Shown here: in pieces, positions 10,118 to 19,173 of the stretch
Layout: every line of letters begins with the position of its first letter
How positions within the stretch are numbered: the first letter of the stretch is position 1
Origin: Candidatus Levyibacteriota bacterium
Lineage (GTDB): Bacteria > Patescibacteriota > Microgenomatia > Levybacterales > UBA12049
Assembly (NCBI GenBank): GCA_027459745.1
Contig: DAIDHL010000001.1
Location: forward strand, 13,828-77,827
DNA: 64,000 bases
Direction: 5' to 3'
Program-made: the position numbers and the translations under genes
Notes under the pieces: generated by a model
What the model was told of the DNA's origin: nothing
Seen by the model: only the letters and a program-made list of their open reading frames with translations
Database searches by the model: none

Positions 10118-11354
10118 CAATCCTCTAATTTCCGGAAGTACAGTAATCTTAGTGGGGAGTTTTGTGGGCAATCTGGTAAACTTCTTTTTTAATCAGCAGA
10201 TGGTTTCTCGTCTCCCTTTGGATCAGTACGGTGTATTAGCGCTTATTCTTGCGTTTGTCAATTTGCCTGGCTTTGCCTTCAGTTTTATAAATTTGATTAT
10301 TGTTAGTTATACAGGTGGAATGTTTGTGAAAAAGGAGATGGGTAAAGTAAAAGGTTTTTTTATGACTGTTTATACTTTCACTTTGCCTATAATTTTTCTC
10401 CTCTTTGTTTTATCACTCTTTTCACTCACAGGTTTTAAATCTTTTTTTCATATTACTTCAACTCCATTATTGGTCATAGCCATTGTGATAATTGTTATAT
10501 CAGTATTTAGTGTAATTAATCAGGCATTTTTACAAGCAAAACTGTCATTTTTTTATCTTACTAGCATCAATTTCTTATCGGCTGTTATGAAGTTTTTCTT
10601 TACACTGGCAGCTTTTTTTCTCGGTTGGGGACTGGAGGGAATTACTTACGGCATTCTTCTTGCTTATCTTATTGCTTATATCCTAACATTTATTCCTATG
10701 ACTTTCCTTCGTACTCACGCTCGGGAATATCATGATATACATCCGGGTAATTTATTCTCTTATAGCTGGCAGTCAGCAGTTTCATTAATTTCCTTAACGG
10801 CTTTTATTTCTACTGATCTTTTTTTAGTAAAACATTTCTATTCGCCAGATCAGGCTGGATTGTATGCTGGACTAACATTTTTAGGTAGAGTAATCTTCTT
10901 TTTTAGCGGTCCTATTGCCTCAGCTATGTTTCCTATAATAGTGCAGAAACAGGAGAAAGGCGAAAAGTATATAAACACATATTGGCTTGCGCTGATACTA
11001 GTCACGGGTTTTTCTATTGCTATAGCTGCTTTTTATAGTATTTTCCCTCAATTTATTGTAAGTTTGTTCCTTAGGAAAAGTGATTATTTATCTATATCTT
11101 ATTTGGTGGGATACTACGCATTAGTAATGGTAGTTTATACAATGCTTTCAACAACAGTTAATTTTTATTTATCGATTAAGAAAACTTCAGTTTGGATGAC
11201 CTTATTTAGCGGGGCTGTGGTACAAGCTATTTTGTTGTATCTTTTTCATCAATCTTTTTCTCAAATTGTAACTATTAATCTGATGCTTGAATCAATTGTA
11301 TTGATTTTCCTTCTTATTCAGCTACAATTGACAGGACATGAAAAAAAGAACTAA
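10089..11354 (+). CDS. Wzx-like polysaccharide flippase (MOP superfamily)
   Basis: About 12 TM helices, DLFLVKHFY...AGLYAG motif, glycan locus context. ATG at 10089 preferred over 10071. Confidence 0.8.
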   Translation: MKQHITRLYNNPLISGSTVILVGSFVGNLVNFFFNQQMVSRLPLDQYGVLALILAFVNLPGFAFSFINLIIVSYTGGMFVKKEMGKVKGFFMTVYTFTLPIIFLLFVLSLFSLTGFKSFFHITSTPLLVIAIVIIVISVFSVINQAFLQAKLSFFYLTSINFLSAVMKFFFTLAAFFLGWGLEGITYGILLAYLIAYILTFIPMTFLRTHAREYHDIHPGNLFSYSWQSAVSLISLTAFISTDLFLVKHFYSPDQAGLYAGLTFLGRVIFFFSGPIASAMFPIIVQKQEKGEKYINTYWLALILVTGFSIAIAAFYSIFPQFIVSLFLRKSDYLSISYLVGYYALVMVVYTMLSTTVNFYLSIKKTSVWMTLFSGAVVQAILLYLFHQSFSQIVTINLMLESIVLIFLLIQLQLTGHEKKN

Positions 11355-12084
11355 GAAACTTTCAATAGTAGTTCCAACATACAGACAAGAAAAAACCATA
11401 GAGACAGATATAAAATCTATTGCAGGTGTAATCGCCAAATTAAATATAGATTATGAAATTATAGTGGTGGTGGATGGAGTTGTTGATAATTCTCATCTTA
11501 AATTAAAAAAAATTAATAACAAGGAAATTAAGATCATAATTTTTGATGAGAATCAAGGTAAAGGTAAAGCTGTATGTGAAGGAGTCTTATCAGCGTCTGG
11601 TGATGTTATAGGTTTTATTGATGGTGGTATGGATATTAATCCCAAAGAGATTGAACAAATGTTGGAAATTATGATATCAAACAATGCTGATATTGTTATT
11701 GGAAGTAAATTACATCCAGACTCAAAGGTCAGTTATCCACTAAGCCGAAGAATATTATCTTGGGGCTATCGTACATTAACACACATGTTGTTTGGATTTA
11801 ATGTCAAAGATACACAAGTAGGATTAAAATTATTTAAACGCAAAGTTGCACGAGATGTATTTTCGAGAATTTTAGTTAAGAGATTTGCATTCGACGTTGA
11901 GGTGCTGGCAGTGGCATATAAACTGGGGTATACCAGAATTGTTGAAGCACCAATAATTCTTGATTTTACTGGAGTTAGCAGTATAACTTCAAAAAGTTTT
12001 TGGCGTGTAATAGGATGGATGTTGTGGGATACAGCTGCTGTGTATTATCGGTTACGGATTTTACATTATTACGATAAAAAATGA
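11338..12084 (+). CDS. GT2, polyprenol-phosphate glycosyltransferase (Dol-P-Glc/Man synthase-like)
   Basis: NQGKGKAV, FIDGGMD, DTQVGLKLF, FAFDVEVL. Confidence 0.8.
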   Translation: MKKRTKKLSIVVPTYRQEKTIETDIKSIAGVIAKLNIDYEIIVVVDGVVDNSHLKLKKINNKEIKIIIFDENQGKGKAVCEGVLSASGDVIGFIDGGMDINPKEIEQMLEIMISNNADIVIGSKLHPDSKVSYPLSRRILSWGYRTLTHMLFGFNVKDTQVGLKLFKRKVARDVFSRILVKRFAFDVEVLAVAYKLGYTRIVEAPIILDFTGVSSITSKSFWRVIGWMLWDTAAVYYRLRILHYYDKK

Positions 12085-13196
12085 CTATATTAATTCTTAA
12101 TTGGCGAGATCCCAAAAACCCACTGTCAGGAGGAGCTGAAAGTGTAACTTTAAATCATGCTAAATATTGGGTTAAACAAGGAAATGAAGTGATCTGGTTG
12201 GCACAAAGGTTAAAAAACTCTACGACATATGAGGAAATCGATGGTGTAAAAATAATAAGAAAAGGAGGGGCATTTACAGTCTATCTTATTGCACCTTTTT
12301 ATTACTTATTTTCTCAAATTAAATTTGACGTAGTTATAGATGAGATACATGGAATCCCATTTTTTACTCCTTTATATGTCTATAAAGCAAAAAAAATTGC
12401 ATTCATTCATGAAGTTGCAGGTGAAATATGGGATTATATGTACAAATTCCCATTTAATCTAATAGGCAGATTTATTGAAAGTCTATATTTCATTTTTTAT
12501 AGAAATATAACATTTTGGACAGACGCAGATTCAACTATCAAAGATTTAAGAGATCATGGAATTAATGCAGAAAATATTGTTGTTATTCCTTGTCCTGTAG
12601 ATAAAAATATTCGCCCCAAACTTCATAATAAAGAAAAAAATCCAACTTTCATTTTTGTCAGTAGATTGGTTAAAATGAAAGGGATTGAAAGAGTTATTGA
12701 AGCCTTCTCGGTCATTTACAAAAAAGAAAAAAAAGCAGTACTATGGATAGTAGGCGATGGGGATAAAGATTATGTAGTGTATCTAAAAAATAAAATATAT
12801 GAGATTGAAAAACAGGAAAAATTAGAAAACTTTTCTAAAGCTATTGTTTTGTGGGGAAGAGTGTCAGAAGTTAAAAAAATAGAATTAATGGGCAAAGCAC
12901 ATTTATTGTTGCATGCATCGATAAAAGAAGGGTGGGGGTTAGTAATTCTTGAAGCCGCAAGTCAAGGAACTCCTGCTATAGTATATAGGGTGGGTGGACT
13001 TGTTGATACGGTAATTAATGGACAGACAGGAATTGTAATAGATCTTAATACTCCCCAAGAAATGGCCGAGCAGGCTCTTAATTTATTAGACGACAAAAAT
13101 AGATACAAGTTAATGCAAAAGAATGGATTAGAAAGAGTGCAAAAGATGTCTTGGGAAGAGGCTGCACAGAAAAGTTTAGTTTTAATTAGTAAATAA
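12081..13196 (+). CDS. GT4 glycosyltransferase
   Basis: NWRDPKNPLSGGAE, SRLVKMKG, EGWGLVILEA. Confidence 0.88.
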   Translation: MTILILNWRDPKNPLSGGAESVTLNHAKYWVKQGNEVIWLAQRLKNSTTYEEIDGVKIIRKGGAFTVYLIAPFYYLFSQIKFDVVIDEIHGIPFFTPLYVYKAKKIAFIHEVAGEIWDYMYKFPFNLIGRFIESLYFIFYRNITFWTDADSTIKDLRDHGINAENIVVIPCPVDKNIRPKLHNKEKNPTFIFVSRLVKMKGIERVIEAFSVIYKKEKKAVLWIVGDGDKDYVVYLKNKIYEIEKQEKLENFSKAIVLWGRVSEVKKIELMGKAHLLLHASIKEGWGLVILEAASQGTPAIVYRVGGLVDTVINGQTGIVIDLNTPQEMAEQALNLLDDKNRYKLMQKNGLERVQKMSWEEAAQKSLVLISK

Positions 13197-13212
13197 CAAT
13201 GTTTTGTATTAT

Positions 13213-14055
13213 ATGAATAGACCATTAGTTAGTATAATTGTTCCAACTAAAAATTCAGCATCAACATTAAAAGCATGTTTAAAAAGTATAAACTCTCAAT
13301 CCTACTCTAATAGAGAATTAATCGTTGTTGACAATAATTCTATTGATGAAACTAAATCAATCGCAAACACATACACACAATTAGTATATGATAAGGGTCC
13401 GGAAAGATCAGCTCAACGTAATTATGGAGCAAGGAAGGCTAAAGGTGAATATCTACTATTTATAGATAGTGATATGGTACTGTCCAGAGATGTGGTTAGT
13501 GAATGTGTTCAGGCTGTTAATATAAATAAAACATTAGTAGGATTAATAATTCCTGAAGAATCAGTCGGAGAAGGATTTTGGGCCAAGTGTAAAACACTTG
13601 AACGGTCTTTTTATCTAGGTGTAGAATGGATGGAAGGTGCAAGGTTCTTTTCTAAAAATGCTTTCTGGCAATTTAAAGGATATGATGAAACCCAGACAGG
13701 AACTGAAGACTTTGATTTACCCCAAAGGATTAAATCAAAGATGGGAAAAGAGAAAATTGGTAGGATTGACAGTGTTATTTATCACATGGAAGGAAAATTA
13801 TCGTTGATATATACGTTGCAAAAAAAGTATTATTATACAAAGACAGCTAGAAAATACCTATTGAACTCAGTTAATAAGATGTATTTTAATAAGCAGTCAA
13901 GTATAATCGAGCGTTACATGTTATTCTTCAGTAATCCAAGAAAATTGTGTTCTAATCCTATAATTGGAATCGGGATGCTTTTTATGAAAACAACTGAGTT
14001 TGTTGCTGGAGGTTTGGGATATCTACAGTCATTGTTACTTACTAATAAGATTTAA
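13213..14055 (+). CDS. GT2 glycosyltransferase
   Basis: VSIIVPTKN, VVDNNSIDET, GPERSAQRNYG, FIDSD, EDFD. ATG at 13213 preferred over TTG at 13204. Confidence 0.88.
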   Translation: MNRPLVSIIVPTKNSASTLKACLKSINSQSYSNRELIVVDNNSIDETKSIANTYTQLVYDKGPERSAQRNYGARKAKGEYLLFIDSDMVLSRDVVSECVQAVNINKTLVGLIIPEESVGEGFWAKCKTLERSFYLGVEWMEGARFFSKNAFWQFKGYDETQTGTEDFDLPQRIKSKMGKEKIGRIDSVIYHMEGKLSLIYTLQKKYYYTKTARKYLLNSVNKMYFNKQSSIIERYMLFFSNPRKLCSNPIIGIGMLFMKTTEFVAGGLGYLQSLLLTNKI

Positions 14056-14061
14056 TTTAAA

Positions 14062-15162
14062 ATGATAAAACTTAGCAAGCCATACATAGATAACCGTGAG
14101 ATTGATGCGATAAAAGCAGTGATGCTGTCATCAAACTTGGTACAAGGAGAAAAAGTTAAAACATTTGAGTATAAATTTGCTAGGGAAGTTAAAACTAAAT
14201 TCGCTATAGCAGTCAATAATGGAACTTCTGCTTTACACACTGCCCTCCTGAGTTTAAATATTGGAGAAGGTGATGAAGTTATAACAACTCCATTTACCTT
14301 TGTTGCTACTGCCAATGCTATTTTAATGACTGGTGCCAAACCTGTGTTTGTAGATATAGACGAAAGAACATTCAATATTGATTTCAATTTGATTGAGAAA
14401 AAAATAAATAAAAAAACCAGAGCCATATTAGCTGTAGACTTATTTGGTCAGCCAGCAGATTATGATGAAATAAATAAAATAGCCAAAAAGTACAAGTTAA
14501 ATGTTATTGAAGATGCGGCTCAATCAATCGGAGCGAAATATCATGGTATACCTGCTGGTTGTCTATCTGATGTTGCATGTTTTTCTTTATATGCTACTAA
14601 AAATATTATGTCAGGTGAGGGTGGAATTATAACTACTCAGAACGAGGACATTAATCTAAAAGCCAGAATGATTAGAAATCATGGACAAAAAGAAAGTGAA
14701 AGATATACTTACAACTGTTTGGGTTACAATTATAGAATGATGGATTTACAAGCTTCAATTGCATTGGAACAGCTTAAAAAACTTTCATACATTAATAAAA
14801 GAAGAAGAGAGATAGCAAAAATTTATGATAAAGAATTAAAGGGAATAAAAGGATTAATTACGCCTGTTATCAAACAGGGTAACTTATCGTCTTATCATCA
14901 ATACACTTTGAGAATTACTAATGAATTTAAGGAAAGTAGAGATACTCTTAAAAGCGACATGGAAAAAAATGGAATTTTAACAGGTGTATATTACCCAATA
15001 CCCTTGCATTTTTTTAAGCATTTAAATTTACATAACTATAAAAAAGGTGATTTTCCTATTGCAGAAATGATTGCAAATGAAGTATTATCGATACCTATAC
15101 AGCCTTTACTAACATCTAATGAAGTACTTGATGTTATTAAATTTTTGAGAAACTATGCGTAA
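14062..15162 (+). CDS. DegT/DnrJ/EryC1/StrS PLP-dependent nucleotide-sugar aminotransferase (WbpE/GnnB-like)
   Basis: NGTSALH, TPFTFVATAN, EDAAQS, FSLYATKN (PLP lysine), GYNYRM. Confidence 0.9.
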   Translation: MIKLSKPYIDNREIDAIKAVMLSSNLVQGEKVKTFEYKFAREVKTKFAIAVNNGTSALHTALLSLNIGEGDEVITTPFTFVATANAILMTGAKPVFVDIDERTFNIDFNLIEKKINKKTRAILAVDLFGQPADYDEINKIAKKYKLNVIEDAAQSIGAKYHGIPAGCLSDVACFSLYATKNIMSGEGGIITTQNEDINLKARMIRNHGQKESERYTYNCLGYNYRMMDLQASIALEQLKKLSYINKRRREIAKIYDKELKGIKGLITPVIKQGNLSSYHQYTLRITNEFKESRDTLKSDMEKNGILTGVYYPIPLHFFKHLNLHNYKKGDFPIAEMIANEVLSIPIQPLLTSNEVLDVIKFLRNYA

Positions 15163-16213
15163 TAAAAGTCAAATAAAAAAACATAAGGTCGGAATAATTG
15201 GATGTGGGGCAATTTTCTCAAGACACATACAAGCTATAGAGATAAATAGGAATAATTATAGTTTAGTTGCAGTTTGTGATATTGACGAGAAAAAACTAAA
15301 AGAAGCGACAGAGAAATATAAGGTTAAAGGATACTTAGACTACAAACAAATGCTTAAAGAACTTCAAGGGGAAATGGATTTTGTAGTCATTGCAACTCCT
15401 AACTCTTTACATTATGAACAGGCAATTGCATCTATAAAAAATGGCTACGATGTTTTGATAGAAAAACCCATTGCACTTGACTCAAAAAAAATTATATCTA
15501 TTGCAAATTTGAGTAAAAAGTTGAAAAGAAAAGTCTATGCGGTTCTTCAAGTAAGGTATAATCCTACAATTTCTATAATGAAAGACGTATTGCATAAAAA
15601 ACTTCTAGGTAATTTAAGATCAGTTTCTTTAGTACAAAGATGGCAAAGACCAGTTTCATATTTCCATACTTGGAGAGCTGATGTTAGTATTGGAGGAAGA
15701 ACACTATTTGAAGTGGGAATACATTATCTGGATATATTACAATATTTATTTGGTATGCCTGAAGTAGTTGCAACTACTACATTTAAACATAAGCACAAAA
15801 ATATAGATTTTGAAGACACAGTTTTTTCAATTATTCTTATTAATAAAACTATTTCTGGTTCTATAGAAGTTACAATTGCTGCAGAACCAGAGAATCTAGA
15901 ATGCTCTATATCGATTCTTGGAGAGAATGGTTTTATAAAAATAGGTGGTAAAGCTCTGGATAAAATAGAAGATGTAAAGTTTATTAACAAAAAAAATAGA
16001 CTTAAATGGGAGGAGATAAACAAAAAATATAAACCTGCAGTTGCACCCAATTCTTATGGCACTCATTTAGGTTCTTGCCCAAATCATCCTGATATCTATC
16101 GTGAAATAGCATTTGGTAGAGGTATCGATATTACCGAAGCCATAGCATCAGTAAAGTTAATTGAGGATATATATAATAAAGAATTAAAAACAAAAACCCT
16201 TTCGTCAAGGTAA
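15155..16213 (+). CDS. Gfo/Idh/MocA NAD-dependent oxidoreductase (WbpB/GnnA-like nucleotide-sugar 3-dehydrogenase)
   Basis: GIIGCGAI, IATPNSLH, EKPIA, QVRYNP, GIHYLD; coupled to the aminotransferase. Confidence 0.82.
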   Translation: MRNKSQIKKHKVGIIGCGAIFSRHIQAIEINRNNYSLVAVCDIDEKKLKEATEKYKVKGYLDYKQMLKELQGEMDFVVIATPNSLHYEQAIASIKNGYDVLIEKPIALDSKKIISIANLSKKLKRKVYAVLQVRYNPTISIMKDVLHKKLLGNLRSVSLVQRWQRPVSYFHTWRADVSIGGRTLFEVGIHYLDILQYLFGMPEVVATTTFKHKHKNIDFEDTVFSIILINKTISGSIEVTIAAEPENLECSISILGENGFIKIGGKALDKIEDVKFINKKNRLKWEEINKKYKPAVAPNSYGTHLGSCPNHPDIYREIAFGRGIDITEAIASVKLIEDIYNKELKTKTLSSR

Positions 16214-16223
16214 TCTCATCGCT

Positions 16224-16937
16224 ATGCGCACCAAGAATATAATGCTCTTTGCTTACGATTTTCCTCATAAAAAAACACAAGATTTTTTATTTAGACTTAT
16301 TATTGAAAAATATAATATAAAATATGTAATCGCGGCTCCTAGAATAAAACTTAATATTCCTGAATCACCTCAAAGAATTACTCCTATTAATGAAGGACTA
16401 ATACATCCTCGAACAATTTGTGAATATTTTCAGATACCATATTTTGTAAGTGGTCACAACGAAGAAAAAGCGATTAACATTATTAACAAATACCCAGTTG
16501 ATTTATATATTATTGCAGGTGCGAGAATACTAAAAAAAAACGTTATCAGCGCTGCTAAAAATCGAGTAATAAATGTTCATCCTGGATTATTGCCAGAGGT
16601 AAGAGGTTTAGATACAATTTTATGGTCTATAATCGAGAATAAACCTATAGGTATATCAGTACACTTCATTAGCACTAAAATGGATCTAGGTAGGTTAGTT
16701 TGTAAAGAAAAATTGGAACTTCGTCAAGATGACGACATTAAAGATGTTTCTTTAAGATTACTGGAAAAACAAACTGATGTACTAATAAAAGGACTTAATT
16801 TACTTCGTAAAATGACCTTAAAAGAGCTTAATAAAAATGAACTGAAATCAAATAATTATCATTCAAAAATGTCTCAAAAACTTGAGAAACAGGCTTTAGG
16901 TAACTTTAATGAATGGCTAAAATCAAATACGGGATGA
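16224..16937 (+). CDS. Formyltransferase (Formyl_trans_N), probable sugar N-formyltransferase
   Basis: INVHPGLLPEVRG, GISVHF, MDLG (N10-formyl-THF catalytic Asn/His/Asp). Confidence 0.8.
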   Translation: MRTKNIMLFAYDFPHKKTQDFLFRLIIEKYNIKYVIAAPRIKLNIPESPQRITPINEGLIHPRTICEYFQIPYFVSGHNEEKAINIINKYPVDLYIIAGARILKKNVISAAKNRVINVHPGLLPEVRGLDTILWSIIENKPIGISVHFISTKMDLGRLVCKEKLELRQDDDIKDVSLRLLEKQTDVLIKGLNLLRKMTLKELNKNELKSNNYHSKMSQKLEKQALGNFNEWLKSNTG

Positions 16938-18058
16938 AAATACTTATTATTACACCAGCCTTCTCTGGAGGAAGTTGGGTTTGTATAGAAAGATTAATAG
17001 AAAATTTAAAAAGAAAATACAAGATATCTATTATAGGACTTGGAAAAGTAGTACAAACAATAAATAATGTTGAGATTAAAAATATACCTTATCCTAGATA
17101 CGACCGATGGGCTAGAGTTGCAGGAGTTGGAGTTAGTCCCTTTATCTCTTTTGCCTGGAATTTGCCACTGTTAGTATTAAGCATAATTAAGTTATTTAGT
17201 TACAAGCCAGATCTAATTATAATAAATGGTTTTACAACAGGTCTGTTAATTTCGCCCTTAGCTAATTTACTCAAAATTAAGACTGTAGTATCATTTCATG
17301 GATTTATATCTGGGCATTTGAGTGGTATAGGTCAGTCTTATGCAAGATTATTAGCCAGGAGCGTTGACTTAGCGATTGTGAACTCTGAAGGAGCTAAAGA
17401 TGATGTAAGCCTTATTATGAGTAGTGATAGAATAATTATAAATGAACATTTTGCTGATGATATTTTCTTTAAAGGCATAATAAAAAAACATAAGTTTAAA
17501 AAGCTTATAATTTCCTATGTGGGTAGACTTGATATAGAAAAGCTATGTAGAACACTTGTCGATATTGCAGAAGATAAACAAAATGATTCTAGGTTCGAAT
17601 TTAATTTTGCAGGCGTAGGTGAATTAGAAGAAAGAGTAATTTCTTTGACAAAAAAGTCAAAAAACATTCATTATTTAGGTTACATTAAAGATAGATTAAT
17701 GCTTAAAAAGCTTTATGAAGGAACAGATATCCTTTGGACATATGCTGATGTTACGTATCTAGCTCTTCCTGCCATTGAAGCTCTTGCTTGCGGTGTTCCA
17801 ATTATGGTGACTGATAAGTCAGTAGTTCCTAATAAAAAACTTATAAACAAAGTAAACAAAAAATTAGTCCCAAAAGAAATTGGATGGCTTATTGATGCTA
17901 ATAAGAAAGATGATATACTTCGTATTATGGAAAAAATTGCAGAAAATCCCTCACCATATTCTATGAAGGAGAACTGTAGGAGATACGCTATGAAAAAATA
18001 CAGTAAATTCAATCTGCATAGCTCGATAAGTAAAATCAATAGTTTGATAATGAAATAA
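16934..18058 (+). CDS. GT4 glycosyltransferase (divergent)
   Basis: MKILIITP, YVGRLDIEK, PAIEALACGVP. ATGA overlap with the upstream stop supports a start at 16934. Confidence 0.78.
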   Translation: MKILIITPAFSGGSWVCIERLIENLKRKYKISIIGLGKVVQTINNVEIKNIPYPRYDRWARVAGVGVSPFISFAWNLPLLVLSIIKLFSYKPDLIIINGFTTGLLISPLANLLKIKTVVSFHGFISGHLSGIGQSYARLLARSVDLAIVNSEGAKDDVSLIMSSDRIIINEHFADDIFFKGIIKKHKFKKLIISYVGRLDIEKLCRTLVDIAEDKQNDSRFEFNFAGVGELEERVISLTKKSKNIHYLGYIKDRLMLKKLYEGTDILWTYADVTYLALPAIEALACGVPIMVTDKSVVPNKKLINKVNKKLVPKEIGWLIDANKKDDILRIMEKIAENPSPYSMKENCRRYAMKKYSKFNLHSSISKINSLIMK

Positions 18059-18060
18059 AT

Positions 18061-19173
18061 ATGAAAAAAAAGATAGTTTATATACTTGGTACTCGGCCAG
18101 AAATTATACGCTCAGCGGCAATTATTAATAATCTTAGGAATGATAAGAGCGTCGATTTTAAAGTTGTACATACAGGTCAGCATTACGATTTCCTAATGAA
18201 TGATATCTTTTTTAAAGAACTGGGGGTGCAACCACCTGATATTAATTTGAACATTGGCTCTATATCGCCTGCTAGTCAAATTTCTCGAATGATTCTTAGC
18301 CTCGAAGAATATTTTACAAAATTCAAGCCAGATGAGGTATGCGTTTTTGGTGATACTAATTCTTCTCTTGCTGGAGCTTTAACTGCATTGAAAATGAAAA
18401 TTACTCTAACGCACTTAGAAGCGGGTTTTAGAGATCGAGAAATGGATATTCCTGAAGAAACAAATCGTATTATGATTGATCATGTTTCTAATCTTTTACT
18501 ACCAGTTTCTGATATCTGTAGAAAAAATTTAATAAATGAAAAAGTCTCTGGAAAGGTTGTGGTTGTTGGAGACCCGTTATTTGATGTATTTGAGAACTCA
18601 CTATTAGATGTCAGTCTAACCACTTCACTAAAAAAAATAAAATCTCATGAAGATGACTATATATTAGTAACATTACACAGAGATAAAAATGTTGATGACC
18701 CTCTGAAACTAGAGAAAATATTAAATGCATTTGGAGAATTATCTAATTTGAGATTTATTTTTCCTGTTCATCCCCGAACAAGGATCGGTATAGAAAAACT
18801 GAAAAAACTTAATACTAGATTTAATAATATAGAATTAGTTGATCCATTAGGATACAAAAAAATATTAGAATTAGTAATGAATTCTAAGCTTGTTATTACA
18901 GATTCCGGAGGTTTACAAAAAGAAGTTTTCTGGTGCAATAAGCCCTGTTTAATTCTTAGAGATAATACAGGATGGATTGAGCCTGTAAATTATAAAGTCA
19001 GTTTTCTTTGTAAGTTAGAAACTAAAGAAATTATATCACAAATTTATTATGTTATTAACAATTACAAAACAATTATGAACAGATTTAGCAAGTTGCAAAA
19101 TCCATATTTTAAAAAAAACAATACGATTAGAATTGTTAATTTAATAAAAGACTATGCTGGCAGACAATGGTAA
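18061..19173 (+). CDS. wecB: UDP-N-acetylglucosamine 2-epimerase, non-hydrolysing (WecB/WbpI family)
   Basis: GTRPE, HTGQHYD, GDTNS, HLEAGFR, PEETNR, TDSGGLQKE. Confidence 0.88.
   Translation: MKKKIVYILGTRPEIIRSAAIINNLRNDKSVDFKVVHTGQHYDFLMNDIFFKELGVQPPDINLNIGSISPASQISRMILSLEEYFTKFKPDEVCVFGDTNSSLAGALTALKMKITLTHLEAGFRDREMDIPEETNRIMIDHVSNLLLPVSDICRKNLINEKVSGKVVVVGDPLFDVFENSLLDVSLTTSLKKIKSHEDDYILVTLHRDKNVDDPLKLEKILNAFGELSNLRFIFPVHPRTRIGIEKLKKLNTRFNNIELVDPLGYKKILELVMNSKLVITDSGGLQKEVFWCNKPCLILRDNTGWIEPVNYKVSFLCKLETKEIISQIYYVINNYKTIMNRFSKLQNPYFKKNNTIRIVNLIKDYAGRQW

Noticed and set aside
16224-16937. Annotating as purN or fmt
   Set aside because: It is embedded in a nucleotide-sugar cassette and lacks the PurN N-terminal SGxGSN loop and the Fmt C-terminal domain.
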